Origin: an uncultured Bacteroidales bacterium
GTDB lineage: Bacteria > Bacteroidota > Bacteroidia > Bacteroidales > FEN-979
Reading direction: 5' to 3'
Length of the DNA: 64,000 bases
Assembly: GCA_903845055.1 (NCBI GenBank)
Contig: CAIMWF010000044.1
Span: 27,419 to 91,418, forward strand
This document shows, in pieces, positions 21,263 through 32,467 of the stretch. The notes under the pieces are model-generated. The model had not been told where the DNA came from. It searched no databases and saw only the letters and a list, made by a program, of their open reading frames with translations. Numbering within the stretch: position 1 is the first letter of the stretch; each line of letters starts with the position of its first letter. The translations under genes were made by a program, and so were the position numbers.

Positions 21263-21709
21263 ATGGATTTAAGCAATCTTAAACCGGCAAAAGGTTCAAC
21301 AAAAAAGGTGAAGCGTATTGGCAGGGGCCAGGGTTCAGGCCATGGTGGAACTTCCACCCGCGGCCACAAAGGGGCCAAGTCTCGCTCGGGATACTCCAAG
21401 AAATTAGGGTACGAAGGCGGACAGATGTCACTGGTGCGCCGTGTTCCAAAGTTCGGGTTCAAGAACTTCAACCGTGTTGAATATAAAGGGATTAATCTGG
21501 ATGTACTGGAACTGATCGCCGAGAAAAGGAACCTGACCGTCATTACCCCCGAAATCATTGTGGATGCCGGGTATGCCTCGAAAAATGACAGGATCAAGAT
21601 CCTGGGTCGCGGAGAGTTGAAAGCCAAACTGGAAGTTACAGTTCACGGTTTCTCTGCTACTGCAAAAAAGGCAATTGAAGAATTAGGTGGAGTCGCTAAC
21701 GTACTTTAA
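21263..21709 (+). CDS. rplO: 50S ribosomal protein L15
   Basis: 148 aa, LSNLKPAKGSTKKVKRIGRGQGSGHGGTSTRGHKG. Confidence 0.97.
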   Translation: MDLSNLKPAKGSTKKVKRIGRGQGSGHGGTSTRGHKGAKSRSGYSKKLGYEGGQMSLVRRVPKFGFKNFNRVEYKGINLDVLELIAEKRNLTVITPEIIVDAGYASKNDRIKILGRGELKAKLEVTVHGFSATAKKAIEELGGVANVL

Positions 21710-21719
21710 ACTTGTTTGA

Positions 21720-23090
21720 ATGAAAAAACTGATTCAGACCATTCGAAACATCTGGAAGATTGAAGACCTTCGCAAGAGGATCCTTTATACAATCGGTATT
21801 GTCCTGATTTATCGTCTGGGTTCCTATGTAGTGCTTCCAGGTGTCGATCCAAGCATGCTCGCCAGCCTCCAGAATCAAACCAAATCAGGTTTGCTGGGTC
21901 TGCTGAATATGTTCTCCGGAGGTGCTTTCTCCAATGCCTCAATTTTTGCTCTCGGGATCATGCCCTATATATCAGCCTCCATCGTGATGCAGCTTCTTGG
22001 CATGGCAATTCCATATTTCCAGAAACTCCAGAAAGAGGGTGAAAGCGGAAGGAAGAAAATCAACCAGATGACCCGTTATCTCACTGTCATCATCCTGATT
22101 TTCCAGTCACCCGCCTATATTGCAAACCTTGCATCGCAACTCCCGGCTGAAGCCATATCCCCTTTCAGCGCAAGCGTCACACATCATTCGGTGTTTTCAT
22201 TTTTCGGAATATCCTCCATCATCATTCTTACCGCCGGTTCCATGTTCGTCATGTGGCTGGGCGAAAGGATTACCGACAAGGGGATCGGCAACGGCATCTC
22301 CCTGATCATTATGATCGGTATCATGGCACGCTTGCCCTTCGCACTGTTTGGTGAACTGGTTTCCCGCATGGAACAGAAGGGTGGCGGACTTGTCTTCTTC
22401 GTTGTTGAAATTGCTTTCCTGGTGCTTGTCATCCTGGTTACAATCCTGCTGGTGCAGGGAACCCGGAAGATCCCGGTGCAGTATGCAAAAAGGATCGTCG
22501 GGAACAAACAATATGGCGGTGTGCGTCAGTATATTCCCCTGAAGGTGAATGCCGCCGGGGTTATGCCAATCATTTTTGCCCAGGCCATCATGTTCCTGCC
22601 GTTAACCATCGCTGGCTTTGCAAGCAATGAAACGCTGACCGGTTTTGCCAGGGTATTTACCGACATCAACGGGATCATCTATAACTTTACCTTTTTCATC
22701 CTCATCATCTTCTTCACCTATTTCTATACGGCGATCACGGTTAATCCAAACCAGATGGCCGAAGACATGAAGAAGAACGGCGGTTTCATTCCCGGTGTCA
22801 AACCAGGTAAGAAAACTGCCGAATTCATCGATGACGTGATGTCGCGCATTACCCTCCCGGGATCCATTTTTCTCGGTTTTGTCGCCATCATGCCTGCATT
22901 CGTCAGGATGGTCGGGGTCACTTCGCAGTTCGCCCAGTTCTACGGTGGTACATCGTTGCTGATTCTTGTGGGTGTTGTTCTGGATACATTGCAGCAGATT
23001 GAAAGTCATTTGTTGATGCGCCATTATGATGGTCTTACGAAATCGGGCCGGATCAAGGGCCGTTCATCCTTTTCCGTATCGGGACAATAA
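21720..23090 (+). CDS. secY: Preprotein translocase subunit SecY
   Basis: 456 aa, polytopic membrane protein. LGIMPYISASIVMQLL and the canonical position after rplO. Confidence 0.97.
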   Translation: MKKLIQTIRNIWKIEDLRKRILYTIGIVLIYRLGSYVVLPGVDPSMLASLQNQTKSGLLGLLNMFSGGAFSNASIFALGIMPYISASIVMQLLGMAIPYFQKLQKEGESGRKKINQMTRYLTVIILIFQSPAYIANLASQLPAEAISPFSASVTHHSVFSFFGISSIIILTAGSMFVMWLGERITDKGIGNGISLIIMIGIMARLPFALFGELVSRMEQKGGGLVFFVVEIAFLVLVILVTILLVQGTRKIPVQYAKRIVGNKQYGGVRQYIPLKVNAAGVMPIIFAQAIMFLPLTIAGFASNETLTGFARVFTDINGIIYNFTFFILIIFFTYFYTAITVNPNQMAEDMKKNGGFIPGVKPGKKTAEFIDDVMSRITLPGSIFLGFVAIMPAFVRMVGVTSQFAQFYGGTSLLILVGVVLDTLQQIESHLLMRHYDGLTKSGRIKGRSSFSVSGQ

Positions 23091-23094
23091 ACTT

Positions 23095-23889
23095 ATGTTT
23101 AACAAACAAATGACGGTTAAATCAGCAAACGAGATTGAATTATTAAGGGAGAATGGTATAATTGTCAGCAAGACCCTCGCGGAAGTTGCGAAACACATAC
23201 AACCGGGTGTTAAAACGATAACACTTGACAAAATAGCTGAAGATTTTATCCGGGCGGAAGGGGCGATACCCGGGTTCAAAGGTTACAGGGGATTTCCGGG
23301 GACCCTTTGCATCTCTGTCAATGAAGAGGTGGTGCATGGAATTCCGGGCGAAAGAGTTCTTAAAAATGGTGATATTGTTTCGATCGATTGCGGATGCCAT
23401 AAGGACGGTTTCTACGGGGATTCGGCCTACACCTTTCCGGTCGGAGAGGTTTCGGACGATGTGATGAACCTCCTGAAGCGTACCAAGGAGTCCTTGTACA
23501 GGGCGGTGGATGTTGCGGTTGCTGGGAAAAGGGTTGGAGACATCAGCGCAGCCGTGCAGGAATATGTGGAAGGGTTTGGATATTCGGTGGTGCGTGAACT
23601 TGTCGGGCACGGAATAGGCAGGCAGTTGCATGAGAAACCTGATGTGCCCAATTACGGGAAGAAAGGCTGGGGTGTGAAGATGATGGCAGGACTGACCATT
23701 TGCATTGAACCGATGATAAACATGGGTGCAAAGATGGTTGTCCAGGACCAGGATGGGTGGACGATCCGCACGGCTGACAAATTTCCGTCGGCGCATTTCG
23801 AACTTACAGTTGCTGTAAGAAAAGAAAAAGCGGATGTTCTTTCGACCTTCCGGTATATTGAAGAAGTTCTAGGATCAAGAAGCATATAG
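23095..23889 (+). CDS. map: Type I methionine aminopeptidase
   Basis: Start at the internal ATG 23095 ([21 protein letters not shown]). Metal ligands in context: [27 protein letters not shown]. Confidence 0.95.
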   Translation: MFNKQMTVKSANEIELLRENGIIVSKTLAEVAKHIQPGVKTITLDKIAEDFIRAEGAIPGFKGYRGFPGTLCISVNEEVVHGIPGERVLKNGDIVSIDCGCHKDGFYGDSAYTFPVGEVSDDVMNLLKRTKESLYRAVDVAVAGKRVGDISAAVQEYVEGFGYSVVRELVGHGIGRQLHEKPDVPNYGKKGWGVKMMAGLTICIEPMINMGAKMVVQDQDGWTIRTADKFPSAHFELTVAVRKEKADVLSTFRYIEEVLGSRSI

Positions 23890-23890
23890 T

Positions 23891-24109
23891 ATGGCAAAGC
23901 AATCGTCAATCCAGCAAGATGGCACGGTAATCGAATCCCTTGGTAACGCAATGTTCCGCGTGGAATTGGAGAACGGGCATGTTATCACAGCACACATCTC
24001 GGGTAAAATGAGGATGCATTATATTAAAATTCTTCCCGGAGACCGCGTCAGAATTGAAATGTCACCTTACGATTTAACAAAAGGAAGAATTACGTTCAGA
24101 TATCAATAG
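23891..24109 (+). CDS. infA: Translation initiation factor IF-1
   Basis: 72 aa, [41 protein letters not shown]. Confidence 0.98.
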   Translation: MAKQSSIQQDGTVIESLGNAMFRVELENGHVITAHISGKMRMHYIKILPGDRVRIEMSPYDLTKGRITFRYQ

Positions 24110-24127
24110 ACATAAAGCAAACGTAAA

Positions 24128-24244
24128 ATGAAAGTAAGAGCATCAATTAAGAAAAGATCTGCAGATTGCAAGATCGTTCGCAGAAATGGCAAACTGTATG
24201 TCATTAACAAGAAGAACCCTAAGTTCAAACAAAGACAAGGTTAA
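24128..24244 (+). CDS. rpmJ: 50S ribosomal protein L36
   Basis: 38-aa ORF translated by hand: [38 protein letters not shown]. Canonical slot between infA and rpsM. Confidence 0.95.
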   Translation: MKVRASIKKRSADCKIVRRNGKLYVINKKNPKFKQRQG

Positions 24245-24272
24245 GATATTAGAAACATAAAATTGGATTATT

Positions 24273-24653
24273 ATGGCCAGAATTGCAGGTATTGACTTAC
24301 CTAAACAAAAAAGGGGTGAAATCGGGCTGACCTATATCTTTGGTATCGGGAGAAGCACAGCTCAAAAGATCCTTGACTTGGCAGGTGTTGACAGGAATAA
24401 GAAGGTTCAGGAGTGGAATGATGAAGAACAGAATAAGATCCGTTCCATTATCAACGATAATTTTAAAATCGAAGGTGCCCTGCGTTCTGAGGTCCAGATG
24501 AATATCAAACGCTTAATGGATATCGGTTGCTACCGTGGGATCCGTCATCGTTTAGGATTGCCGGTTCGCGGACAGAGCACGAAAAACAATGCCCGGACCC
24601 GTAAAGGCAGGAAAAAAACCGTTGCCAACAAAAAGAAGGCGACCAAAGGTTAA
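24273..24653 (+). CDS. rpsM: 30S ribosomal protein S13
   Basis: 126 aa, [26 protein letters not shown]. Confidence 0.98.
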   Translation: MARIAGIDLPKQKRGEIGLTYIFGIGRSTAQKILDLAGVDRNKKVQEWNDEEQNKIRSIINDNFKIEGALRSEVQMNIKRLMDIGCYRGIRHRLGLPVRGQSTKNNARTRKGRKKTVANKKKATKG

Positions 24654-24680
24654 TCGTTCAAGCACGTAGTAATTTAGAGT

Positions 24681-25070
24681 ATGGCAAAGACTGAAAAAAG
24701 TTCAAAAAAGAGGGTTGTTAAGGTGGATGCAATAGGTAAAGCCTATGTGAACGCCTCGTTTAACAATCTCATCATCACGCTGACCAACAACGCCGGCCAG
24801 GTTATCAGCTGGTCTTCAGCAGGCAAGATGGGTTTCAAGGGATCGAAAAAGAATACTCCATACGCTGCCCAGATGGCGGCGCAGGATGCTTCGAAGGTTG
24901 CTTATGACCAGGGCCTCCGCAAGGTGAAGGTATATATCAAAGGACCCGGAGCCGGACGCGAGTCTGCAATCCGTACCCTGCACACTGCGGGAATCGAGGT
25001 AACGGAGATCATGGATATCACTCCATTGCCCCACAACGGATGCCGTCCTCCCAAAAGAAGAAGAGTTTAA
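24681..25070 (+). CDS. rpsK: 30S ribosomal protein S11
   Basis: 129 aa. [24 protein letters not shown]...[16 protein letters not shown]. Confidence 0.98.
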   Translation: MAKTEKSSKKRVVKVDAIGKAYVNASFNNLIITLTNNAGQVISWSSAGKMGFKGSKKNTPYAAQMAAQDASKVAYDQGLRKVKVYIKGPGAGRESAIRTLHTAGIEVTEIMDITPLPHNGCRPPKRRRV

Positions 25071-25091
25071 TTTTTATTTATATCAAACAGC

Positions 25092-25697
25092 ATGGCAAGA
25101 TACATTGGCCCAAAGTCCAGAATTGCAAGAAGGTTCAGGGATCCTATTTTTGGTCCTGATAAAAGTTACGAAAAAAAGAATTATCCTCCGGGAATGCATG
25201 GTCAGACCAAGCGCAGGGCAAAAGTTTCGGAATACGGAACCCAGCTCATGGAGAAACAAAAAGCCAAATATACTTATGGTATCCTGGAGCGCCAGTTCAG
25301 GAATATCTTCCTGAAAGCCGCACGTAAGGGCGGTGTAACCGGTGAAGTATTGCTGCAGCTGATCGAGTCACGGCTCGACAATGTGGTTTACCGCATGGGG
25401 ATCTCCCCGACCAGGGATGGAGCGCGCCAGCTCATCGGCCACCGCCACATCCTCGTCAACGGGAAGGTGATGAATATTCCCTCGTACGAACTCCACCCGG
25501 GCGATATCGTAGCCGTTCGCGAGCGTTCAAAATCTCTTGAAGTAATTACCAACTCACTTTCGGGTCGCGGAAATCAATATCCGTGGCTGGAATGGGACGG
25601 AGGCATGATGACCGGCAAGTTCATGAGCTATCCTGAAAGGGACCAGATTCCTGAGAATATCAAGGAACAGCTCATCGTCGAATTGTACTCGAAGTAA
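25092..25697 (+). CDS. rpsD: 30S ribosomal protein S4
   Basis: 201 aa, [15 protein letters not shown]...[10 protein letters not shown] (S4 domain). Confidence 0.98.
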   Translation: MARYIGPKSRIARRFRDPIFGPDKSYEKKNYPPGMHGQTKRRAKVSEYGTQLMEKQKAKYTYGILERQFRNIFLKAARKGGVTGEVLLQLIESRLDNVVYRMGISPTRDGARQLIGHRHILVNGKVMNIPSYELHPGDIVAVRERSKSLEVITNSLSGRGNQYPWLEWDGGMMTGKFMSYPERDQIPENIKEQLIVELYSK

Positions 25698-25709
25698 AAA
25701 TATCTCGTT

Positions 25710-25737
25710 GTTGAGACGCATCGCAATGCGTCTCAAC
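25710..25737. repeat. Hairpin GTTGAGACGCAT-cgca-ATGCGTCTCAAC (rpsD-rpoA spacer)
   Basis: Perfect 12-bp stem read directly. Shares the GAGACGCAT..ATGCGTCTC core with the 16361 hairpin. Confidence 0.9.
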
Positions 25738-25766
25738 AGATAATAATAACAAATAAAAACTAATAT

Positions 25767-26759
25767 ATGGCAATATTACCGTTCCAAAAGCCTGACAAAG
25801 TGATCATGGTGGAAGCCGATGATTGCCGGGGGGTATTTGAATTCCGCCCACTTGAACCAGGTTTTGGTGTGACCATTGGAAACTCACTCAGGAGAATTCT
25901 CCTATCTTCATTGGAAGGCTTTGCCATCACTTCGGTGAAAATTGAAGGGGTAGAGCAGGAATTTTCCACCATCAAAGGTGTTATTGAGGACGTTACCGAG
26001 ATCATCCTGAACCTGAAACAAATACGCTTCAAACGGTTGATCGATACCGAAAGCGCTGAAAAGGTTACGGTCGTTATCGCTCAGCAAAAAGAATTCAAAG
26101 CAGGAGATATCAATAAATTCCTGTCTGTTTTCCAGGTGCTGAACCCGGAGATTGTGATTTGCCATATGGAATCGAACGTAAAACTGACTGTTGAATTGTC
26201 GGTTGACAAGGGCCGTGGTTATGTTCCGGCTGAAGAAAATAAAACCCTGAGTTCTTCCCTGGGCCGGATTGCCATTGATTCAATCCACACACCCATCAAG
26301 AATGTTACCTTTAACGTGGAGAATTTCCGCGTTGAGCAAAAGACCGACTACGAAAAGCTTATCATCGAAGTGCTCACGGATGGTTCCATCCAGCCGAAAA
26401 GTGCATTGAAAGAGGCCGCCAAGATTCTCATCCACCATTTTATGTTGTTTTCTGACGAAAAGATCACCCTCGATTCTGCAGAAAAAGCCGTGGCCGAGGA
26501 ATTTGACGAAACCTCGCTGCACATCCGCCAGTTGCTCAAAACGAAACTGGTTGACATGGACCTTTCCGTGAGGGCGCTCAATTGCCTGAAAGCTGCCGAT
26601 GTTGAATATCTTGGCGACCTTGTGGCCTTCAACAAAAATGATTTGCTGAAATTCCGCAATTTTGGCAAGAAATCACTGACTGAACTTGAAGAGCTCGTTA
26701 AGTCGAAAGGACTTGAGTTTGGGATGAATACGACGAAATATAAATTAGATAAGGATTAA
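25767..26759 (+). CDS. rpoA: DNA-directed RNA polymerase subunit alpha
   Basis: 330 aa. [17 protein letters not shown] and C-terminal domain [21 protein letters not shown]. Confidence 0.98.
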   Translation: MAILPFQKPDKVIMVEADDCRGVFEFRPLEPGFGVTIGNSLRRILLSSLEGFAITSVKIEGVEQEFSTIKGVIEDVTEIILNLKQIRFKRLIDTESAEKVTVVIAQQKEFKAGDINKFLSVFQVLNPEIVICHMESNVKLTVELSVDKGRGYVPAEENKTLSSSLGRIAIDSIHTPIKNVTFNVENFRVEQKTDYEKLIIEVLTDGSIQPKSALKEAAKILIHHFMLFSDEKITLDSAEKAVAEEFDETSLHIRQLLKTKLVDMDLSVRALNCLKAADVEYLGDLVAFNKNDLLKFRNFGKKSLTELEELVKSKGLEFGMNTTKYKLDKD

Positions 26760-26764
26760 TTGCG

Positions 26765-27334
26765 ATGAGACACCAGAAGAAATTTAACCATTTAGGAAGA
26801 AAAAGTGCACACCGGAAGGCGATGCTGTCAAACATGGCTGCCTCTCTGATCATTCATAAAAGGATCCATACCACGGTTGCCAAAGCAAAAGCGCTTCGTG
26901 TCTATGTTGAACCCCTGATCACCAAATCGAAAGAGGACACCACCCATTCGCGCCGTACGGTGTTCAGTTATCTTCAGAGCAAGGAAGCGGTTACCGAACT
27001 GTTTCGTGAAATTTCGAAAAAGATCATGGACCGCCCCGGAGGTTATACCCGGATCCTGAAAACCGGTAACCGTTTTGGTGATAATGCCGAAATGTGCCTG
27101 ATCGAACTGGTGGATTACAATGAAGCCATGTTGTCGCCGGCATCGGATGGCAAAGCAAAGGCAACCCGCCGCAGAAGGTCCGGTGCCAAGAAAAGCACCG
27201 GAGATGCTGAAGAAACAAAAACTTCCGATAAGAAGAGCGAAGTTAAAAAAACGGCAAAAAAGGTTGAGGAGCCGGTAAAGGAAACGGTTCCGGATGTAAA
27301 ACCTGAGGCTGCCGATGAAACTGCCGAAGCCTGA
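26765..27334 (+). CDS. rplQ: 50S ribosomal protein L17 with a K/E-rich C-terminal extension
   Basis: 189 aa, [25 protein letters not shown]. About 65-aa low-complexity tail ([15 protein letters not shown]...[22 protein letters not shown]). Confidence 0.97.
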   Translation: MRHQKKFNHLGRKSAHRKAMLSNMAASLIIHKRIHTTVAKAKALRVYVEPLITKSKEDTTHSRRTVFSYLQSKEAVTELFREISKKIMDRPGGYTRILKTGNRFGDNAEMCLIELVDYNEAMLSPASDGKAKATRRRRSGAKKSTGDAEETKTSDKKSEVKKTAKKVEEPVKETVPDVKPEAADETAEA

Positions 27335-27342
27335 TCACGTGA

Positions 27343-28734
<1,392 letters not shown>

Positions 28735-28754
28735 AGGTTAACCAGGTCTGTTGG

Positions 28755-28882
28755 GTCATGGGATCAAGGGATGAAAGGGTGGGCGCGAAAGGGTAAAAGG
28801 GTAAGAAGGCGAGAAGGTGAGACGGTGACAAGGTGACAAGGTGACAAGGTGACAAGGTTAAAGAGGTAAAAGGGTTACAAAG
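28755..28882 (+). repeat. Purine-rich octamer array (rGGTrAsA units, with perfect (GGTGACAA)x4 at 28824-28855); left arm of an inverted pair
   Basis: Read directly: ...gggtaaaa gggtaaga aggcgaga aggtgaga cggtgaca aggtgaca aggtgaca aggtgaca aggttaaa... Confidence 0.9.
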
Positions 28883-28999
28883 TTTCGGGTTCGCGGGTGA
28901 CTGGGGTATCAGGTTGAGGAATCTTGTATTTTGTTAATAACTTTTACTTTTTTACCTGTTACTTTTTGCTGTTTTCATGATTAAGGAGAAACCCTTGGT

Positions 29000-29359
29000 A
29001 TGAAAACACATAAAGATCTGAATGCATGGAAAGAAAGCATCGAGCTTGTCGTTTCCGTCTATGAAATTGCGGGGAGATTTCCGAAACATGAGATGTTTTG
29101 CCTGACGCAGCAACTCAGGAGAGCCGCAGTTTCAGTTCCGTCCAATATCAGCGAAGGAGCAGCCCGTAACTATAAAAGGGAATTTATCAGGTTCCTGAGA
29201 ATCTCAATGGGCAGTCTCACAGAGGTTGAAACTCAAGTGATTATTTCCTGGAAATTGAGGTACATTGAAGAACCTGAGATGAAGGCTGTCATTGGAAAAA
29301 TCTACCTCATCCGTTCACAGATCGCAGGCCTCATTAAAAGTGTCGGAATAACAAAGTAA
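29000..29359 (+). CDS. Four-helix-bundle protein (23S rRNA intervening-sequence protein family, TIGR02436-like)
   Basis: 119 aa. LNAWKESIELVVSVYEIAGRFPKHEMFCLTQQLRRAAVSVPSNISEGAAR...FLRISMGSLTEVETQ is the family hallmark. Confidence 0.88.
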   Translation: MKTHKDLNAWKESIELVVSVYEIAGRFPKHEMFCLTQQLRRAAVSVPSNISEGAARNYKREFIRFLRISMGSLTEVETQVIISWKLRYIEEPEMKAVIGKIYLIRSQIAGLIKSVGITK

Positions 29360-29420
29360 AAAAAAGGACAGGTTGGGAAAATTCCACTTCGTTACATGTT
29401 TGGTATTATGTTTGTTAGGA

Positions 29421-29505
29421 TCACTACCTCATAACCTTGTTACCCTGTCACCATTTGACCTTATCACCTTGTCACCTTCTCACCTTTTTAACCCAGTCAC
29501 CTTTT
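29421..29505 (+). repeat. Pyrimidine-rich octamer array (TGTCACCT-type units); right arm, reverse complement of 28755-28882
   Basis: ccttgtta ccctgtca ccatttga ccttatca ccttgtca ccttctca ccttttta. The reverse complement AGGTGAGAAGGTGACAAGGTGATAAGG aligns with the left arm. Confidence 0.9.
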
Positions 29506-30256
29506 AATTTTTTATCTTCCCCAGCACCTCCACCAGCAACCCGGTAACGTGCTTTACATTTTCATTGAAGACCTTCAGTACATCCTCCCAGGTCACCGGA
29601 TCTTCGTCATGTTTCCATGAATCATAATCGGTAGAAAGGGCGATCGCCGCATAAGGGATCCCGGCCTCCATGGCCAGGCTTGCCTCAGGGGCGATGCTCA
29701 TGTTGATCACATCGGCCCCGAGCAGGCGAAACATCTTTGATTCGGCCCTGGTCGAAAACCGCGGTCCTTCGATGGTTACGATGGTGCCGGCAGGGTGAAA
29801 GGGGATGCCTGTTTCCCGGCAACCCGCTATCAGCATCTGGCGGAGTGGTTCGGTAAAGGGGTCAGCCATGGCCGTATGTGCCATCCTGCCGGGTTCAAAT
29901 GCGTCGTAAAAAGTGTTGACCCGGTGACGGGTGAAATCGATGAACTGGTCGGCGATGACCACATGTCCGCGACCGATCTCTTCCCGCAGGCTTCCGCAGG
30001 CGGTGGTTGCAAAAATCATGGTACATCCCAATTCCTTGAGAGCATGGATGTTCGCCCGGTTGTTCACCTGGGTGGGCGGGATGGCATGATCGCGGCCATG
30101 CCTTGAAAGGATAAAAACTTCGCAAGCACCAAGTTTTCCCTCGAAGAAAGTTGAACTGGGCTCCCCGTAAGGCGTGACTACCGCAATTTCCCGGGTTTCC
30201 TGAAAAATATTTAAGTTCTCGAGCCCTGAGCCTCCGATAATGCCGATTTTCGTCAT
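29504..30256 (-). CDS. mtnP: S-methyl-5'-thioadenosine phosphorylase
   Basis: MTKIGIIGGSGLENL...ILSRHGRDHAIPPTQVNNRANIHALKELGC...GADVINMSIAPEA. Start at the internal ATG (30256) of ORF 29504-30403. Confidence 0.9.
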   Translation of the reverse strand: MTKIGIIGGSGLENLNIFQETREIAVVTPYGEPSSTFFEGKLGACEVFILSRHGRDHAIPPTQVNNRANIHALKELGCTMIFATTACGSLREEIGRGHVVIADQFIDFTRHRVNTFYDAFEPGRMAHTAMADPFTEPLRQMLIAGCRETGIPFHPAGTIVTIEGPRFSTRAESKMFRLLGADVINMSIAPEASLAMEAGIPYAAIALSTDYDSWKHDEDPVTWEDVLKVFNENVKHVTGLLVEVLGKIKN

Positions 30257-30401
30257 GTTCGTTTTTTTTGCGAATATAATGCAAACTGACGGGAGGAGGA
30301 TCATGGAGCCGGAAAAATCAACCTTACCTGTTAAATATATGAATGAAGCATTCTGCATATGAATGAAAAGCTTAATTTTGCCGGACGTTAAGAAACACCA
30401 C

Positions 30402-32459
30402 ATGGAAATTCAATATATAGGGGAACATCTCTTCCCCGGAGAGATGGGAAAATTATTTGTCTGGCTGGGTTTTGCAACCGCGATCCTGGCGACCATTTTC
30501 TATTCGCTGTCATTTTATCGCAGGAACGACCGGCAATTATGGAAAACCATTGCACGCAGCCTTTACATGGTGCATACATTCTCGATGGTTGCCGTAGCGG
30601 TTATTCTCTATTTTCTCATTTTCAGGCATTACTTTGAATATGCTTATGTCTGGCAGTATTCATCCGTGGAATTGCCCATCAAATATATCATCTCGTGCTT
30701 CTGGGCAGGACAGGAGGGGAGTTTCCTCGTGTGGGCCCTCTGGCAGTCGCTGATCGGCCTGGTGTTGCTGCGTATCGCCAGGAACTGGGAAACACCCGTG
30801 ATGATGATTTTCTCATTGTCACAGATATTTGTCACCTCCATGTTGTTAGGGATCACCCTGCTTGGCACGAAGATCGGCGCAAGCCCCTTTGCATTGCTGC
30901 GTCATACGGTAGGCTCCCTGCAGGGTACCATCTTCGCCATGCCGAACTACCTGACGATGATCACCGATGGCAACGGGCTCAATCCCTTGCTTGAGAACAT
31001 CTGGATGACCATCCATCCCCCCATCCTGTTCCTCGGATATGCACTCGCCCTGGTTCCTTTTTCATATGCGATCGCCTCTTTTCTAAAAAAGGATTACCAC
31101 ACATGGATCGGGCGTGCCATGCCATGGACCCTGCTGGCATTGCTGACCCTCGGAGCAGGAATCCTGCTGGGAGGAGCCTGGGCCTATGTTTCGCTTACCT
31201 TTGGCGGCTTCTGGTCGTGGGATCCTGTCGAGAACTCTTCACTGGTGCCCTGGATGACCCTGGTGGCCGGCTTGCATTTCCTGCTGACAGCCCGGAAGCA
31301 GAATTTTGCCCTGTTTGCTGCCTACCTGCTGATCACCCTGTCGTATGTGCTGGTGCTTTATGCTAGTTTCCTCACCCGCAGCGGCGTACTGGCCGATACC
31401 TCGGCACACTCTTTTGGCGACAATGGCATGACCAAGCAACTGTTGATTTTCCTGCTCACCTTCCTCGTGATGATGGTGGTAATGATCGGGATCAATGTCA
31501 GGAAATTTCATATTCCAAGGAAAGACATCCTGCTTTCGCGTGAGTTCTGGATGTTCATCGGCGCCATCATCATGGTTCTTGCTGCGTTCCAGATTGTTTT
31601 TACCACTTCAATCCCGGTTTTCAACGGACTGTTCCATACAGACTTTGCCCCCCCGGTCGACCGTGTCGGATTCTACAATCGCTGGCAGATGCCTTACGCC
31701 CTGCTCATCGCCGGGTTTATCGCTTTCAGCCAGTTCCTGAATTACAATGAAAATGATGCAGGACATTTCCTGAAAAAAATGGGGATCCCCCTTGCCCTTG
31801 CGGTGCTCAGCTGCATGGCCATCGATTCATTCGGCATTGTAACCCGGATGAATATCCTGATGCTGGTCGGTTTTACGCTTTTTGCCCTTTATGCCTCGTT
31901 GTACAACGTGATCTTCAGGACCTCCAAACCGAGGAATACCGGGGCTATTACAGCGCATATCGGGTTCGTGGTATTTGTGCTCGGAACGGCACTGACCTTT
32001 TCCAACGCCCAGGTTATTTCAAAAAACACATCGAAGTTTGACCTCGGCGACAGTCAGTCGAATGCCGAGAACCTGGTCCTGACAAGGAATGACACCCTTT
32101 CCATGAACGGGTTCTATGTTTCATACGTAAGCAACCGCACCGAGGGAAATACAACGGTTTATTCGATTGATTTTATGACCAGGCAGCACGGTAAAATCAG
32201 GAAGGAGTTTACACTTTACCCTTCGGTCAATGTTCATCCGAGGATGGGGGCGGTATATAACCCGGATACACGTCACTTTCTGAACCGCGACTATTATGCC
32301 TACATTGCGAATGTATCGAAGGATCCCGACTACATCGTCGTCAAAGCCATCATGAACCCGTATATCAATATCCTGTGGCTGGGAGCGGTCATCATGACCA
32401 TCGGCTTTGCGATCGCATTCTTCAAACGTGCCCGTCACCGCTGGCAAAGCAATTCCTGA
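30402..32459 (+). CDS. Cytochrome c biogenesis / heme-handling membrane protein (CcmF/CcsA family)
   Basis: Polytopic membrane protein of about 685 aa with the tryptophan-rich motif WAYVSLTFGGFWSWDPVENSSLVPW. N-terminus MEIQYIGEHLFPGEMG. The maximal ORF starts at 30363. Confidence 0.82.
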   Translation: MEIQYIGEHLFPGEMGKLFVWLGFATAILATIFYSLSFYRRNDRQLWKTIARSLYMVHTFSMVAVAVILYFLIFRHYFEYAYVWQYSSVELPIKYIISCFWAGQEGSFLVWALWQSLIGLVLLRIARNWETPVMMIFSLSQIFVTSMLLGITLLGTKIGASPFALLRHTVGSLQGTIFAMPNYLTMITDGNGLNPLLENIWMTIHPPILFLGYALALVPFSYAIASFLKKDYHTWIGRAMPWTLLALLTLGAGILLGGAWAYVSLTFGGFWSWDPVENSSLVPWMTLVAGLHFLLTARKQNFALFAAYLLITLSYVLVLYASFLTRSGVLADTSAHSFGDNGMTKQLLIFLLTFLVMMVVMIGINVRKFHIPRKDILLSREFWMFIGAIIMVLAAFQIVFTTSIPVFNGLFHTDFAPPVDRVGFYNRWQMPYALLIAGFIAFSQFLNYNENDAGHFLKKMGIPLALAVLSCMAIDSFGIVTRMNILMLVGFTLFALYASLYNVIFRTSKPRNTGAITAHIGFVVFVLGTALTFSNAQVISKNTSKFDLGDSQSNAENLVLTRNDTLSMNGFYVSYVSNRTEGNTTVYSIDFMTRQHGKIRKEFTLYPSVNVHPRMGAVYNPDTRHFLNRDYYAYIANVSKDPDYIVVKAIMNPYINILWLGAVIMTIGFAIAFFKRARHRWQSNS

Positions 32460-32467
32460 TCGCGGCC

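Noticed and set aside
28824-28855. Possible CRISPR or other spacer-containing array
   Set aside because: The units are 8 nt and directly abutting with no spacers, and no cas genes are present. This is a simple tandem array forming one arm of an inverted pair.
29795-30284. ORFs 29795-30106 (+) and 29895-30284 (-, alternate frame) within the MTAP gene
   Set aside because: These are shadow or alternate-frame ORFs inside a CDS with clear purine-nucleoside-phosphorylase family motifs.
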